Source of the DNA: Puniceicoccaceae bacterium
GTDB taxonomy: Bacteria; Verrucomicrobiota; Verrucomicrobiia; Opitutales; Oceanipulchritudinaceae
Direction: 5' to 3'
Assembly (NCBI GenBank): GCA_040830765.1
Contig: JBFOMH010000032.1
Span: forward strand, 9,827-73,826
DNA: 64,000 nt
In this document: piece after piece, positions 37,237-47,500 of the stretch
Layout: every line of letters starts with the position of its first letter
Numbering within the stretch: position 1 is the first letter of the stretch
Program-made: the position numbers and the translations under genes
The notes under the pieces: model-generated
What the model was told of the DNA's origin: nothing
Database searches by the model: none
The model's input: the letters and a program-made list of their open reading frames with translations, nothing else

Positions 37237-38409
37237 TCAAAAAGCTTCCTCATAGATTGACATTGCAGCTGCCCGGTCGATGGGCCGGGGGTTGTTGTTT
37301 AATAAACGGGTAACCTGGAGTGCCTGGTCAGCCAGTTCAGGCAGGGCCTCGGATGGAATACCGAGACTGCCGAGGCCTGTTTCCAGGGAGCAGTCGCGGA
37401 GCATTTGCTGGATATGTCCGACGGCAGCTTCCGCCATTTCCATATCCGTCCCGGAATGCGCCACTCCCATGGCACGGGCGACTTCTGCGTAGCGCGTGGT
37501 CGCGGAGGGGAGATTGTACCGCATGACGGGAGCCAGCAGGACGGCATTGGCAAGGCCATGGGGGACCTTGTAGCGGGACCCTACAGGATAGGAAAGGGCA
37601 TGGACGGCGGCGGTATTGACTGGTCCCAGGCATAGACCGCCCAAGTAGCTGCCGAGGGCAAGTGCGCTCCTGGCAATAAGATCGTTCCCGTCCTTGATCG
37701 CTGCCACAAGTTGACTCGAAATCAGGGAAATTCCCTGGAGTGCGAAGGCATCGACGAGAACATGGGCATGCAGATTGGTATAGGCCTCGATACAATGGGA
37801 GAGCGCATCAAAGCCAGTGGCTGCGGTTACAGCCGGCGGCAGCGAACGGGCCAGCTCGGGATCAATAACAACGAGGTCCGGCACCAGGTAGGGACTGATT
37901 ACCGCCTGTTTAAGTCCGCTGGCTGGTTCCAGAAGGATGGCGTTTGGCGATGCCTCACTGCCGGCACCAGCGGTTGTGGGGAGACAAATCAATCTACGTT
38001 GGCGTTCCGGCAGAAGGTTTTTGCCAAAGTAGTGGGGCAACCGCGAGGGCTGATCCCCGATGGCCGCGACAAGCTTGGCGATGTCGAGAACGCTTCCACC
38101 ACCGATACCAATAATGGTGTCACATACGGAGGCGGGTTCCTCACTGCAGACTGCCTGGAAATCAGCAACTGTCGGTTCTGCCGGAAGGTCGCTCTTGATG
38201 AAGGCCTCAATCCCGCATTCAGCGAAAGCCGTAGCCAGTGTATCGGCTGTTTCAATACAAAAGTCAGCTGTCAGGATCCAAGCCTTGCGGCTTCCAAGTC
38301 CTTGCAAACCTTCAGCAAGCCGCGTGCGTTCACCACAGCCAAACCACAGTGCGGCAGGCGTGTTCAGGTGAATGGCCCCAAGGGCAGTTGCGGTTTGCGT
38401 CGGGATCAT
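37237..38409 (-). CDS. Iron-containing alcohol dehydrogenase
   Basis: GIGGGSVLDIAK, PTTAGAGSE, DALSHCIE, HALSY, VPHG. Confidence 0.93.
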   Translation of the reverse strand: MIPTQTATALGAIHLNTPAALWFGCGERTRLAEGLQGLGSRKAWILTADFCIETADTLATAFAECGIEAFIKSDLPAEPTVADFQAVCSEEPASVCDTIIGIGGGSVLDIAKLVAAIGDQPSRLPHYFGKNLLPERQRRLICLPTTAGAGSEASPNAILLEPASGLKQAVISPYLVPDLVVIDPELARSLPPAVTAATGFDALSHCIEAYTNLHAHVLVDAFALQGISLISSQLVAAIKDGNDLIARSALALGSYLGGLCLGPVNTAAVHALSYPVGSRYKVPHGLANAVLLAPVMRYNLPSATTRYAEVARAMGVAHSGTDMEMAEAAVGHIQQMLRDCSLETGLGSLGIPSEALPELADQALQVTRLLNNNPRPIDRAAAMSIYEEAF

Positions 38410-39953
38410 GCGGCACTCCTTTCCCCGGATGCTTTCCCGTAGATGGTCAGCTGCTCAACCTCCTCTGGCCGGTAACCACCAAAGATCAGGCTGGCTGCAT
38501 AGCCGACCCCGAAAAGGACAATGTGGCTAAGGACGCCAATGATGATCGGGTTGAGGCCGAAATTTAACGGCAGGTCAAGAATGTTGTTCTTGGGCTCGGT
38601 GAGCAGGGCCCAACCAGTGAACAACAGGCAGCTGATGATGCCTATGTAACAACCGGTTCGTGTGGCCCTGCGTGTGAGGAATCCGAGGAAGAACAGGCCC
38701 AGCATTCCCCCTGAGAGGATGGCAGCAATGGTTACCGCCCGCTCCATGACAGAGGCCAGTCCTTGTTCCGGTATTAAAAGAATGGCGATCAGCATGGTCA
38801 CGATGCCGGCCACCACGACCATGAGGCGGCCAAAAATGAGTTGAAACCTGTCCGAGGCTTCTGGCCGGAGGTAGTTCAGGTAATCGCGGGTCAGTACGGT
38901 GGCGATGCTGTTAAGGTCCCCGCTGACCGAGGACATCGAGGCCGCAAGGATGGCTGCAAGGATCAGGCCGACAATCCCCGCCGGCATGTTGTTAACGATG
39001 AAGTAGGGGACGACATTGTCGACCAATTGCGGCGGCGGTTGTTCCGTAAGGGCATAGTAGCCGAAGAGGCAGGCGCCGATAAACATGAAAATGCAGTAGA
39101 TGGGCACGCAGAGGAGGGCGTTCCAGATTGCTCCACGGCTGGCTTCACGGTCAGACTTGGCGATCAGGTAACGCTGCACCATGTGCTGGTCGGAAATGTA
39201 ACGCCTTCCCCAGTTGACCATGTAGGCAAGGATAAAGAGCCATTGGGAGGTCAGCATTGGATCACCTAGAGAGGTCAGGTCGAAGGATCCCAGGGTGAAC
39301 TTGCCCGCGCTCCAGGCTTCCCCGACAACAGCCCCGAAGGGACCTGCTTCCGGAGCGAACAGTAAACGGGCCACAATAAGCACAGCCGCCCCGACGAAAA
39401 TAAAGCCCTGCACCACGCTGGCCCAGACCACCGCACTGATACCGCCAATCATGGTGTAGAAGACGGTGAAAAGGGAGCTCCAGAAGATGACGCTGGGCAA
39501 GGGCCAGCCTGTCATCACATTGAGGGCGATAGCCGTGGTCAAAAGGGTCAGTCCGAGATCAAAGAGGCGGTCAGCAAGAAATCCGAAAGATGCATAGAAC
39601 CGCCCTCCCAGTCCAAATCGCTTGCCAATGTACTCGTAGGCACTCATGCCCACCGTTCGTCGGTAGAAGGGAACGATGTAACGGGCGACGAAGAGCAGCA
39701 CAATGACCAGGGTCAGGTTACCCAGGAGCAAAATCATGCCGCTTTGGTAGACCGTGGCCGGATGACCGACGACGGTACCGCTCCCGATGAGGACAGCCAT
39801 CAGGGTCATGGCTACGGCCCATCCCGGCATGGATTTGCCGGCTATGAAATACTGGCGGGTATCCTTCTGTCGCCTGGAGAGAAATACGCTCATTCCCAGG
39901 ATACCCAGCCCGTAGACGATAAGAATGCTGTAATCTAGTGCGGATAAGGTCAC
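38406..39953 (-). CDS. Sodium:solute symporter (SSS, SiaT-like)
   Basis: YFIAGKSMPGW, SAYEYIGKRF, DQHMVQRYL, LAASMSS. GTG at 39953 is preferred over ATG 40010, which overlaps the predicted -10. Confidence 0.9.
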   Translation of the reverse strand: MTLSALDYSILIVYGLGILGMSVFLSRRQKDTRQYFIAGKSMPGWAVAMTLMAVLIGSGTVVGHPATVYQSGMILLLGNLTLVIVLLFVARYIVPFYRRTVGMSAYEYIGKRFGLGGRFYASFGFLADRLFDLGLTLLTTAIALNVMTGWPLPSVIFWSSLFTVFYTMIGGISAVVWASVVQGFIFVGAAVLIVARLLFAPEAGPFGAVVGEAWSAGKFTLGSFDLTSLGDPMLTSQWLFILAYMVNWGRRYISDQHMVQRYLIAKSDREASRGAIWNALLCVPIYCIFMFIGACLFGYYALTEQPPPQLVDNVVPYFIVNNMPAGIVGLILAAILAASMSSVSGDLNSIATVLTRDYLNYLRPEASDRFQLIFGRLMVVVAGIVTMLIAILLIPEQGLASVMERAVTIAAILSGGMLGLFFLGFLTRRATRTGCYIGIISCLLFTGWALLTEPKNNILDLPLNFGLNPIIIGVLSHIVLFGVGYAASLIFGGYRPEEVEQLTIYGKASGERSAA

Positions 39954-40008
39954 GGGAGCGAGGATTGTGGAATGGTCGCGGGATGTGGAGACAGATGAAT
40001 TACATGTC

Positions 40009-40057
40009 ATAGAATTTCATGAAATAGGTTCTGTCAACTCTCTTATTTCATAAAATA
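40009..40057 (-). promoter_or_regulatory. Promoter and two putative operators for the SSS-ADH-aldolase operon
   Basis: Minus-strand TTGACA (40037-40032), 17 nt, TTCTAT (40014-40009). Palindrome ATTTCATGAAAT (40014-40025) in the spacer. TATTTCATAAAATA (40044-40057) centred 31 bp away. Confidence 0.65.
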
Positions 40058-40063
40058 GCCATA

Positions 40064-40094
40064 GAAAAACCGGGCCGAAGCAATCGGCCCGGTT
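40064..40094 (-). terminator. Rho-independent terminator of the LacI gene
   Basis: Stem AACCGGGCCGA / TCGGCCCGGTT with a 5-nt loop, ending in a T5 run on the minus strand, about 35 nt after the lacI stop. Confidence 0.8.
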
Positions 40095-40129
40095 CTGTTA
40101 TTCAAGACGATTGAAAGAAGTCAGCCTCT

Positions 40130-41218
40130 TCAGGGATTGGTAACCGATTCCCCGCGAATGAGTGATGGCTTGATGAGGATCTCCATGTCCGTCTCCACGT
40201 TCGGGTGGGCTATCCGCCAGAGGAGCTGGTCGACTGCCCGGTGGCCAATGAGTTCCGCATGCACATCGATGGAAGCGAGTGCCGGATGGAGATTGGCGGT
40301 CATGGATTTTTCATTGTTACAGGAGATGATGCTAACATCCCTTCCGGCACGTAAGCCCTTGCGCTCGAGCGCAGTGTAGAGCTGGATCGACGTCCTGTCC
40401 GAGGGCACGAATAGGCCGGTCGGCCGTTGCTCCTTGGGGATGGCCAGCCAGTCCTCAACCAGATGGAAGACGTTCTCCGTCTGGGTGATGGCCGGAAGCG
40501 GCCATTGCAGTTCAGTTGGAGGCTCAACCTCCAGCAGGCTGGAGTCCACTCCCTTTTCCTGGCAGGCGACAAGAAAGGTGGACTTCAGGCGCTCGAACTG
40601 GGTCTGGCCGGGCTTGGGATTGAAGAAAGCGACATGCTTGTGCCCCTTTTCGGCGAAATAATCGACAGCCAGGTGGCTGGCTTCCCACGTGTCGAAGTTG
40701 CAGTGATCGCCCTCGGCACCGGACAGTTTGCCCATGAGCCAGATGTGGGGGAGGCGGTAGATATACTTCAGGAGCTCGTAATTCTGGACCGGTGGCAGTT
40801 TTCCCTGGTTGGGTCCTTTGAGGATGAGGCCCTCAACCTTTCCCTCGACGAGGAAGGGTGGAATGCGGTCGCCCCGCGGGATGTTGGCAATCATCAGGTT
40901 TCTGCCCTCATTAGAAAGGGAATGCTCCACTCCCTGGAGGGCCCGGCTGATGATCGGTATCTGGATCAGGGTGTCTTCCATCCCGAAGCAAATGATTCCG
41001 ATATTTCCCTGTTTCTGGCTGACGCCGCTACGGGTCGACTTGCGTTGGCGGAGGCGAACGTAGCCCAGTTCATTGGCTGCTGCCAAAACCCTCTGGCGGA
41101 TCTCCTCATTAACGTCGGCATGTCGGTTAAACACCCGTGAAACAGTGCCGGTAGCGACCCCGGCGGCCTTGGCCACATCGGTTATGGTGGCCTTCTTTTT
41201 TGGTTCAAGCTTGCTCAT
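40130..41218 (-). CDS. LacI-family transcriptional regulator
   Basis: HTH ATITDVAKAAGVATGTVSRVFN followed by a periplasmic-binding-protein-like domain (GRDVSIISCNN, LASID). Confidence 0.93.
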   Translation of the reverse strand: MSKLEPKKKATITDVAKAAGVATGTVSRVFNRHADVNEEIRQRVLAAANELGYVRLRQRKSTRSGVSQKQGNIGIICFGMEDTLIQIPIISRALQGVEHSLSNEGRNLMIANIPRGDRIPPFLVEGKVEGLILKGPNQGKLPPVQNYELLKYIYRLPHIWLMGKLSGAEGDHCNFDTWEASHLAVDYFAEKGHKHVAFFNPKPGQTQFERLKSTFLVACQEKGVDSSLLEVEPPTELQWPLPAITQTENVFHLVEDWLAIPKEQRPTGLFVPSDRTSIQLYTALERKGLRAGRDVSIISCNNEKSMTANLHPALASIDVHAELIGHRAVDQLLWRIAHPNVETDMEILIKPSLIRGESVTNP

Positions 41219-41409
41219 ATAAATTGTTGAATCAGGAGGATTTTAATCTAGTTCAACTGAAACTTGGTGAAATAAAATCGGTTTGACAACCCGAATTGTC
41301 AGATTTGCGCATTTTCCAAGTAGCGCACTGCCAATGGGAAAGAGAACGGATTAGGGGATGAGGGTGGTGTCCCCGCAGGTGAACGGGTCAGGTGTCGGGA
41401 AAATAAGCC

Positions 41410-41425
41410 TTTCATATGAAATAAT
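41410..41425. promoter_or_regulatory. Putative operator (distal copy)
   Basis: TTTCATATGAAATAAT, identical to 41552-41567. Confidence 0.6.
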
Positions 41426-41509
41426 CCAGCTGGCTGGAAGAGGAAATACCTCGTTAAAGCCTTTACTAAAGGGCATTCAGGCTGGCACAAGGGTATCCGC
41501 TAATTCTTG

Positions 41510-41567
41510 TTGACAATGCCTGCCGGGGCAACCTTTATGAAAAAGGCTATATTTCATATGAAATAAT
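41510..41567 (+). promoter_or_regulatory. Putative promoter and operator for the rightward CAZyme operon
   Basis: TTGACA at 41510-41515 with a weak -10. Perfect 16-bp palindrome TATTTCATATGAAATA at 41550-41565. Confidence 0.6.
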
Positions 41568-41644
41568 TGACTCATTCGCTTTCTTCCAGAGAGAATACAC
41601 TTCATTGTTTTCACTCTACCGACTATATATTACCCTTCTTTCTC

Positions 41645-44554
41645 ATGCGCTGGCTTTGTTTCATCTCCCTTGTCCTGTTGACTGCTTTAAATGCCCCTGC
41701 CGGAAGTCCCGAAATTCCATCATTTCCGGGAGCGGAAGGAGCTGGCGGACTGACACCTGGAGGTCGCGGGGGCCGGGTCCTGTTTGTCACCAACCTTCAG
41801 GATCGAGGTCCAGGCAGTTTCCGGGCGGCGGTTGAGGCAGCGGGTCCGCGCATCGTCGTCTTCCGGGTCAGTGGGCGGATCCAGTTAGAATCCCCGGTGG
41901 AGATCGAGCATCCCTACCTGACGGTGGCTGGCCAAACGGCACCGGGCGATGGCATCTGCATCAGTGGAGAGACCGTTTCCATCAATGCGGAGCATGTCAT
42001 TATCCGCTACCTCCGGTTTCGACGGGGCAGCCTCGAACGGCGGGACGACGCCCTGAACGCGGTCCATTCGCCGGGCAACGTGATAATCGATCACTGTTCG
42101 TTCAGCTGGGGCCTTGACGAGAATGTCTCGCTATACCGGTACATGGTGCCGGACGGGGAGGGCGGATTCATCAAGAAGCCGATTGAGAACCTGACGATCC
42201 AGTGGTGCATATCCAGCGAAGGCTTGAACCTGCACAATCATGCCTTTGGCGCGACCTGGGGAGGGCGCAATGCCAGTTTTCATCACAATCTCTTTGCCAA
42301 CAACACTGGCCGCATTCCCAGCATCGGCTGGGGGGACCATATTGATTTCAGGAACAATGTCTTGTTCAACTGGCGGCACCGCAATATCGACGGCGGCGAC
42401 TCCTCCTCACGGATCAACATAATCGCCAATGCCTACAAGGCGGGTCCGGCAACGCGTCCGGGTGATTTGCAGTTCCGTATCGCCAAGCCGGAAGTATTCC
42501 GGTCCTTCAAGGAATCGGACCAAAGCGGCCAGTGGTACATTTCGGAGAATCTCGTTTTTGGATATCCTGACATAAGCGCCGACAACTGGAATGGAGGGGT
42601 GCAGTTTGAGGATGGTGTTCCGGACCAGAAAGTTGCCGCCTATGTCGATAAGATGCGGCAAGCGGATCCGGTGCCGATGGTTCGACCGTTAGTGCATGAA
42701 GCAGCAGATGCGGCGTATGCCGCAGTACTTGCCGGGGCGGGAGCAACCCGTCCGGTCCGCGACCCGGTTGACCGCCGGATCATTGATGAGGTTGCCTCGG
42801 GCGAACCGACATATGGCAACGGGATCATCAATACACCGGAGGAGGTCGGAGGCTGGCCTGAGTACCGTTCCCTGACTCCGGTCGTGGACCGGGACAACGA
42901 CGGGATGGCGGATGCATGGGAGAGGCGGTTCGCCCTTAATTGGAATAATCCTGCCGATTATGTCCACGATCCCGACGGGGATGGCTATGGAAACCTTGAG
43001 GAGTACATCAACGGAACGCAGCCGCGCATCAATGACTTGGAAACCGATAGTGGGCAGTCCTTAACCAGCACGGAGATCAGCCTGGAGGAAACGTTGCGGC
43101 GTCATGTGGAATTCTTCAATGCCAATGATCCGGAACGGATAGTAAACCTGGTCTCCAACCGGGATTCGATGGATTGGCTGAAGGATTCCATCCCACTCTT
43201 TGAATGTTCAGACTCGGAGATCGAGGAAATCTACTATTTCCGCTGGTGGGCCCTGCGGAAGCACTTGAAGGTCGTCGGGGACTACTTTGCCTACACGGAG
43301 TTCATTGAACTGGATACCAAGGCTCCATTCATTCCTCCGGAACGCACCATTGCCAGTGCGCTGGGTCATCATTTCCGGGAGACCCGCTGGTTAAGTGAGC
43401 AAAAATGGGATGACAGCTACATCCGCTATTGGCTGCAGGGGAAGGGCGGCGAGCCACAAGGACATTTTCATCGATACAGCAGCTGGCTAATTGAGTCCCT
43501 CTGGCATCGAGCCATGGTGACCGGGGATTGGGATGATCTCCTTGAATTGTATCCATTGCTTCTGGCGGACTACGAGCGCTGGAAGGAGGAAAAGCAGCTC
43601 CAGTCCGGACTTTACTGGCAGTATGACGTCTGGGATGCGATGGAGGAATCCATCAGCGGTTCGCGCCATGAGAAAAACCTGCGGCCGACGATCAACAGCT
43701 ACATGTACGGAAATGCCCGGGCGCTTGTCGCGATGGCCCGCCTGGCCGGTGACGAGGAGACTGCATCTGACCTCGAGGTGGAAGCGGCCGAGTTGAGGGA
43801 ACGGGTCCTGGTCCAATTGTGGAATGAGGAGAGGAGTTTCTTCGAGGTCCGGAGTCCGGAAGGCGGATTCGCTAATGTCCGGGAAGCGATTGGATTCATT
43901 CCGTGGTATTTTCATTTGCCTCCCGACGAGGCAGAATACGGAGAGGCCTGGAAGCAACTGGTGGACCCGGAAGGATTCTGGGCACCTTGGGGACTCACGA
44001 CCGCTGAAAGGCGTCATCCGGAATTCCGATCCCATGGGGTGGGAACCTGTGAATGGGATGGTGCCATCTGGCCTTATGCGACGTCGCAGACCTTGCACGC
44101 GATGGGGAACCTCTTGCGGGATTATGAGCACACTCCTGTCACCCGGGATGATTACTTCGATGCCTTTGTCACCTACACCCGTTCCCAATATTATGACGGA
44201 ATCCCCCATATTGGTGAGTATCAGGATGAGACGACCGGCCAATGGTTGAAGGGGCGCAATCCCCGCAGTGCCTTTTATCATCACTCTACCTATGCTGACC
44301 TGCTGATAACGGGCCTGATCGGCCTGCGACCGCGGGCGGACTCCATCATTGAAGTTGATCCGCTCCTTCCTGCAGGGCGCTGGGAGTGGTTCCGGCTCGA
44401 AAACGTAAGCTATCGCGGGCACAACTTGAGCATCGTCTGGGATGCAGACGGGCAGCGCTACGGCTTGGGTCCGGGCATGCATCTGATGGTTGACGGTGAA
44501 AAGGTTGCTTCATCGTCCTCTCTTGAGCCCTTGACGGGGGAACTGCCGGAATGA
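41645..44554 (+). CDS. Fusion: PL1 lyase + GH142-like (alpha/alpha)6 beta-L-arabinofuranosidase
   Basis: N-half has PL1 motifs (SFPGAEGAG, GQTAPGDG, DHCSFSWGLDE). C-half has YYFRWWALRKH, ALGHH, DAMEESISG, RPTINSYMYGNA, CEWDGAIWP, YHHSTY. Signal peptide begins at ATG 41645. Confidence 0.85.
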   Translation: MRWLCFISLVLLTALNAPAGSPEIPSFPGAEGAGGLTPGGRGGRVLFVTNLQDRGPGSFRAAVEAAGPRIVVFRVSGRIQLESPVEIEHPYLTVAGQTAPGDGICISGETVSINAEHVIIRYLRFRRGSLERRDDALNAVHSPGNVIIDHCSFSWGLDENVSLYRYMVPDGEGGFIKKPIENLTIQWCISSEGLNLHNHAFGATWGGRNASFHHNLFANNTGRIPSIGWGDHIDFRNNVLFNWRHRNIDGGDSSSRINIIANAYKAGPATRPGDLQFRIAKPEVFRSFKESDQSGQWYISENLVFGYPDISADNWNGGVQFEDGVPDQKVAAYVDKMRQADPVPMVRPLVHEAADAAYAAVLAGAGATRPVRDPVDRRIIDEVASGEPTYGNGIINTPEEVGGWPEYRSLTPVVDRDNDGMADAWERRFALNWNNPADYVHDPDGDGYGNLEEYINGTQPRINDLETDSGQSLTSTEISLEETLRRHVEFFNANDPERIVNLVSNRDSMDWLKDSIPLFECSDSEIEEIYYFRWWALRKHLKVVGDYFAYTEFIELDTKAPFIPPERTIASALGHHFRETRWLSEQKWDDSYIRYWLQGKGGEPQGHFHRYSSWLIESLWHRAMVTGDWDDLLELYPLLLADYERWKEEKQLQSGLYWQYDVWDAMEESISGSRHEKNLRPTINSYMYGNARALVAMARLAGDEETASDLEVEAAELRERVLVQLWNEERSFFEVRSPEGGFANVREAIGFIPWYFHLPPDEAEYGEAWKQLVDPEGFWAPWGLTTAERRHPEFRSHGVGTCEWDGAIWPYATSQTLHAMGNLLRDYEHTPVTRDDYFDAFVTYTRSQYYDGIPHIGEYQDETTGQWLKGRNPRSAFYHHSTYADLLITGLIGLRPRADSIIEVDPLLPAGRWEWFRLENVSYRGHNLSIVWDADGQRYGLGPGMHLMVDGEKVASSSSLEPLTGELPE

Positions 44555-47500
44555 AGCTCGGCTTTGCCAGTCGAGTTGTCTGCCTCACCAGCCTTGCCGG
44601 ATTGGTTCTATCCACGAATGGAATTGCCGAACAAGTGGGGCAGGTGGTCCATCTGGATCGGACCGGTAGCCTGGTTTACGAGGTGGATGATAGAGGGAAC
44701 CGCTTACCCGACTTTTCCCATGCCGGTTACATGGGAGGCGGCGTGCCCTTGCCGGAAGTTGGTGCCGTCGTCCGGGTCTCTCCGGTTGACGGGGATGATA
44801 CGGCCCGCTTGCAGGCAGCTATCGACCACGTATCCGGCTTGCCTGCAGGTCCTGATGGATGGCGCGGAGCTGTCTTGCTGGAGGCAGGCACATTCGAGGT
44901 TAGTGAATCGCTCTTTATTCGGGATAGCGGTGTCGTCCTTCGTGGCCACGGTTCAGGTGAGGACGGAACCATCCTGTTAGCCATTGGGCCGGGTAGATAC
45001 ACGTTGCTGCGAATCCTGGGGGACGCCTCCATTGACTTCGCAGGGGAAGCCGTGGCCATCAAGACGCCTTGCACTGTTGGAGCCACTTCCGTGGAACTGG
45101 CGGATGCCAGTGGATTTTCCAAGGGCGATCGCATCCGGGTATTCCGGCCTTCAACTATGGAATGGATTGAGGAGGTCGGCATGGACACAGCCCCCGCGCG
45201 CACCCCCTACAAGTGGAAACCCGGCACGGTGGATCTGGCATGGCACCGGGTCGTCGAATCGACACAAGGGAACACGCTTGTTCTCGATGCCCCTCTTACT
45301 TCCGCCCTCGATGATGGAGCAGGGAGTGGGACGGTTCAGCGCATCGATTCCATGGGAAGAATTACACAGGTGGGAATTGAGCACTTGCGCATGGTCTCAT
45401 CCTATGACCGGGAAAATCCCAAGGACGAGAATCATCCTTGGATGGCCGTCGAGCTGGACCATGTCGAGAACGCCTGGATCGACGACCTGACGGGTGTTCA
45501 TTTTGTCAGTTCCATCGTGGATGTTGGAGTCGATTGCCGTGCCATCACCGTCTCCAATTGCCGCTCCCTGGAACCGGTATCGGAAGACGGCGGTTACCGG
45601 CGGCATGCCTTTCACTCATCCGGTGAACTGGTTCTTTTCAATCGCTGCTACTCGGAATACGGCCGTTGTGATTTCACTACCGGTTACCAGACTGCCGGTC
45701 CGGTTGTCTTTCTTGACTGTGAGGCCCGTCACTCCAGCGGCAGGAGCGGGTCCCTGGGCAGTTGGTCCTCGGGTATCCTCTTTGACAATGTTACCATAGA
45801 CGGTGGCCAGTTGGCGCTCGACAATCTTGAAATCCGGTTTGGCGGGGCGGGTTGGTCCGCGGCAAATTCCATTCTCTGGCAGTGTTCCGCTTCCCAGATT
45901 GTTGTCCAGTCCCCACCAGGGGCCAGGAATTGGGGAGTCGGTGTATGGGGAGAGTTCTACGGGGATGGCCGCTGGCAGCAATCCAACGAGTTTGTCACGC
46001 CGCAAAGCCTGTACCTGGCCCAATTGAGGGAGCGTCTTGGCCAGAAAGCGGTCCTTGCCACCAAGGACCGTCAGCGGTGTATAGACAATCTGGATGTCAT
46101 TCCGGTCTTTGAGGAGGTTGTGCCTGCGATCGCAATGCCGGTTGTCGAGGAAAAGCATCCTATGACCATCCGCAATGGCTGGCTGACCGATCCGGATGGC
46201 CTCATGACGGGTGGACGATCCCCGGTCTCCTGGTGGAGGGGAAATCTGGCCCCGGCACGAACCCGCCAGCACAATGCCGCCCTGACTCGATTCCTGCCCG
46301 GCCGATACGGGCAGGGTGCCACCGATGACCTGCATGAGCTAGCCAAAATGATGAAGGCGCGTAGTGAAATTCAACTACGCCATCATTACGGGCTCTGGTA
46401 CGACCGCCGCCGGGAGGACCACCAGATGATCCGTCGTCACTCCAATGATGTCTGGCCGCCTTTCTTCGAGCAGCCCTATGCCCGCAGCGGTAGGGGAATC
46501 GCCTGGGATGGATTGAGCAAGTACGACCTTGAGCGCTTCAATCCCTGGTATTTCAGCCGACTGGAGCAGTTTGCGGAAATTGCCGGGACGGAGGGGCTGG
46601 TCCTGGTCAATGAGATGTTTTTCCAGCATAACATCATTGAATCCGGCGCTCACTGGGTGGATTGCCCATGGCGGCCGGTCAACAACATCAACGACACTCC
46701 CTTCCCGGAGCCACCGCCATTTACGGGCGACACGGTGAAGATAGGAAACATGTTTTATGATGTTGAGAATGATAAGCTGCGGGCGATTCATAAAGCCTAT
46801 ATCCGCCAGTGTCTCGCGAATCTTTCCGGGCAATCGAATGTCATCCACACGACAGGGGATGAGTTCACCGGCCCGTTGCACTTTGTTGAATTCTGGCTGG
46901 ATACCATCATCGCCTGGACAGGGGAGGGTAATCCGGATCCTGTGGTGGCCCTGAGTGTAACCAAGGATGTCCAGGATGCCATTCTCAAGGATCCGGCGCG
47001 CGAGCCGGCAGTCGATGTCATTGAAATCAAGTACTGGTTCAATACCGCCGCCGGGCTTTTCACACCTGCCGGTGGAGAGGAACTGGCGCCCCGGCAACAC
47101 CTCCGCAAGTGGAAAGGCGGTCGCTCCACGCCACGGGATGTGGCGATGATGATCCGGGACTACCGGGAGGCCTTTCCGGACAAGGCCATCATCTGTTCCG
47201 AAATCGCCGGCCTGGATGGCTGGGCCGTGCTTGCCGGGGGTGGCTCATTGCCTAACCTGCCACCGACTCTTGATAACGAACTGCGGCGTCAACTACCGGA
47301 CGCAAAGGTCATCAATCCTCCATTATCGGTCCGCTCCAAGCAGTGGACGCTGGGTCAACCGGGCGAATTCTACTTCATCTACTCCCTGGATGGTGATTGC
47401 AGCCTCCTGGACCTGCGGGGCCATCCGGGCGCTTACAGTGTCCACTCCATCGATCCCTCGACCGGGCAATTGCATCCCTCCGGACTGACAATGCAAGGGG

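Noticed and set aside
41299..41490. 63-aa ORF or riboswitch in the long lacI-PL1 intergenic region
   Set aside because: The ORF has no recognisable features and overlaps an operator copy. The stretch cactgccaatgggaaag only faintly recalls a cobalamin riboswitch and the other elements are missing.
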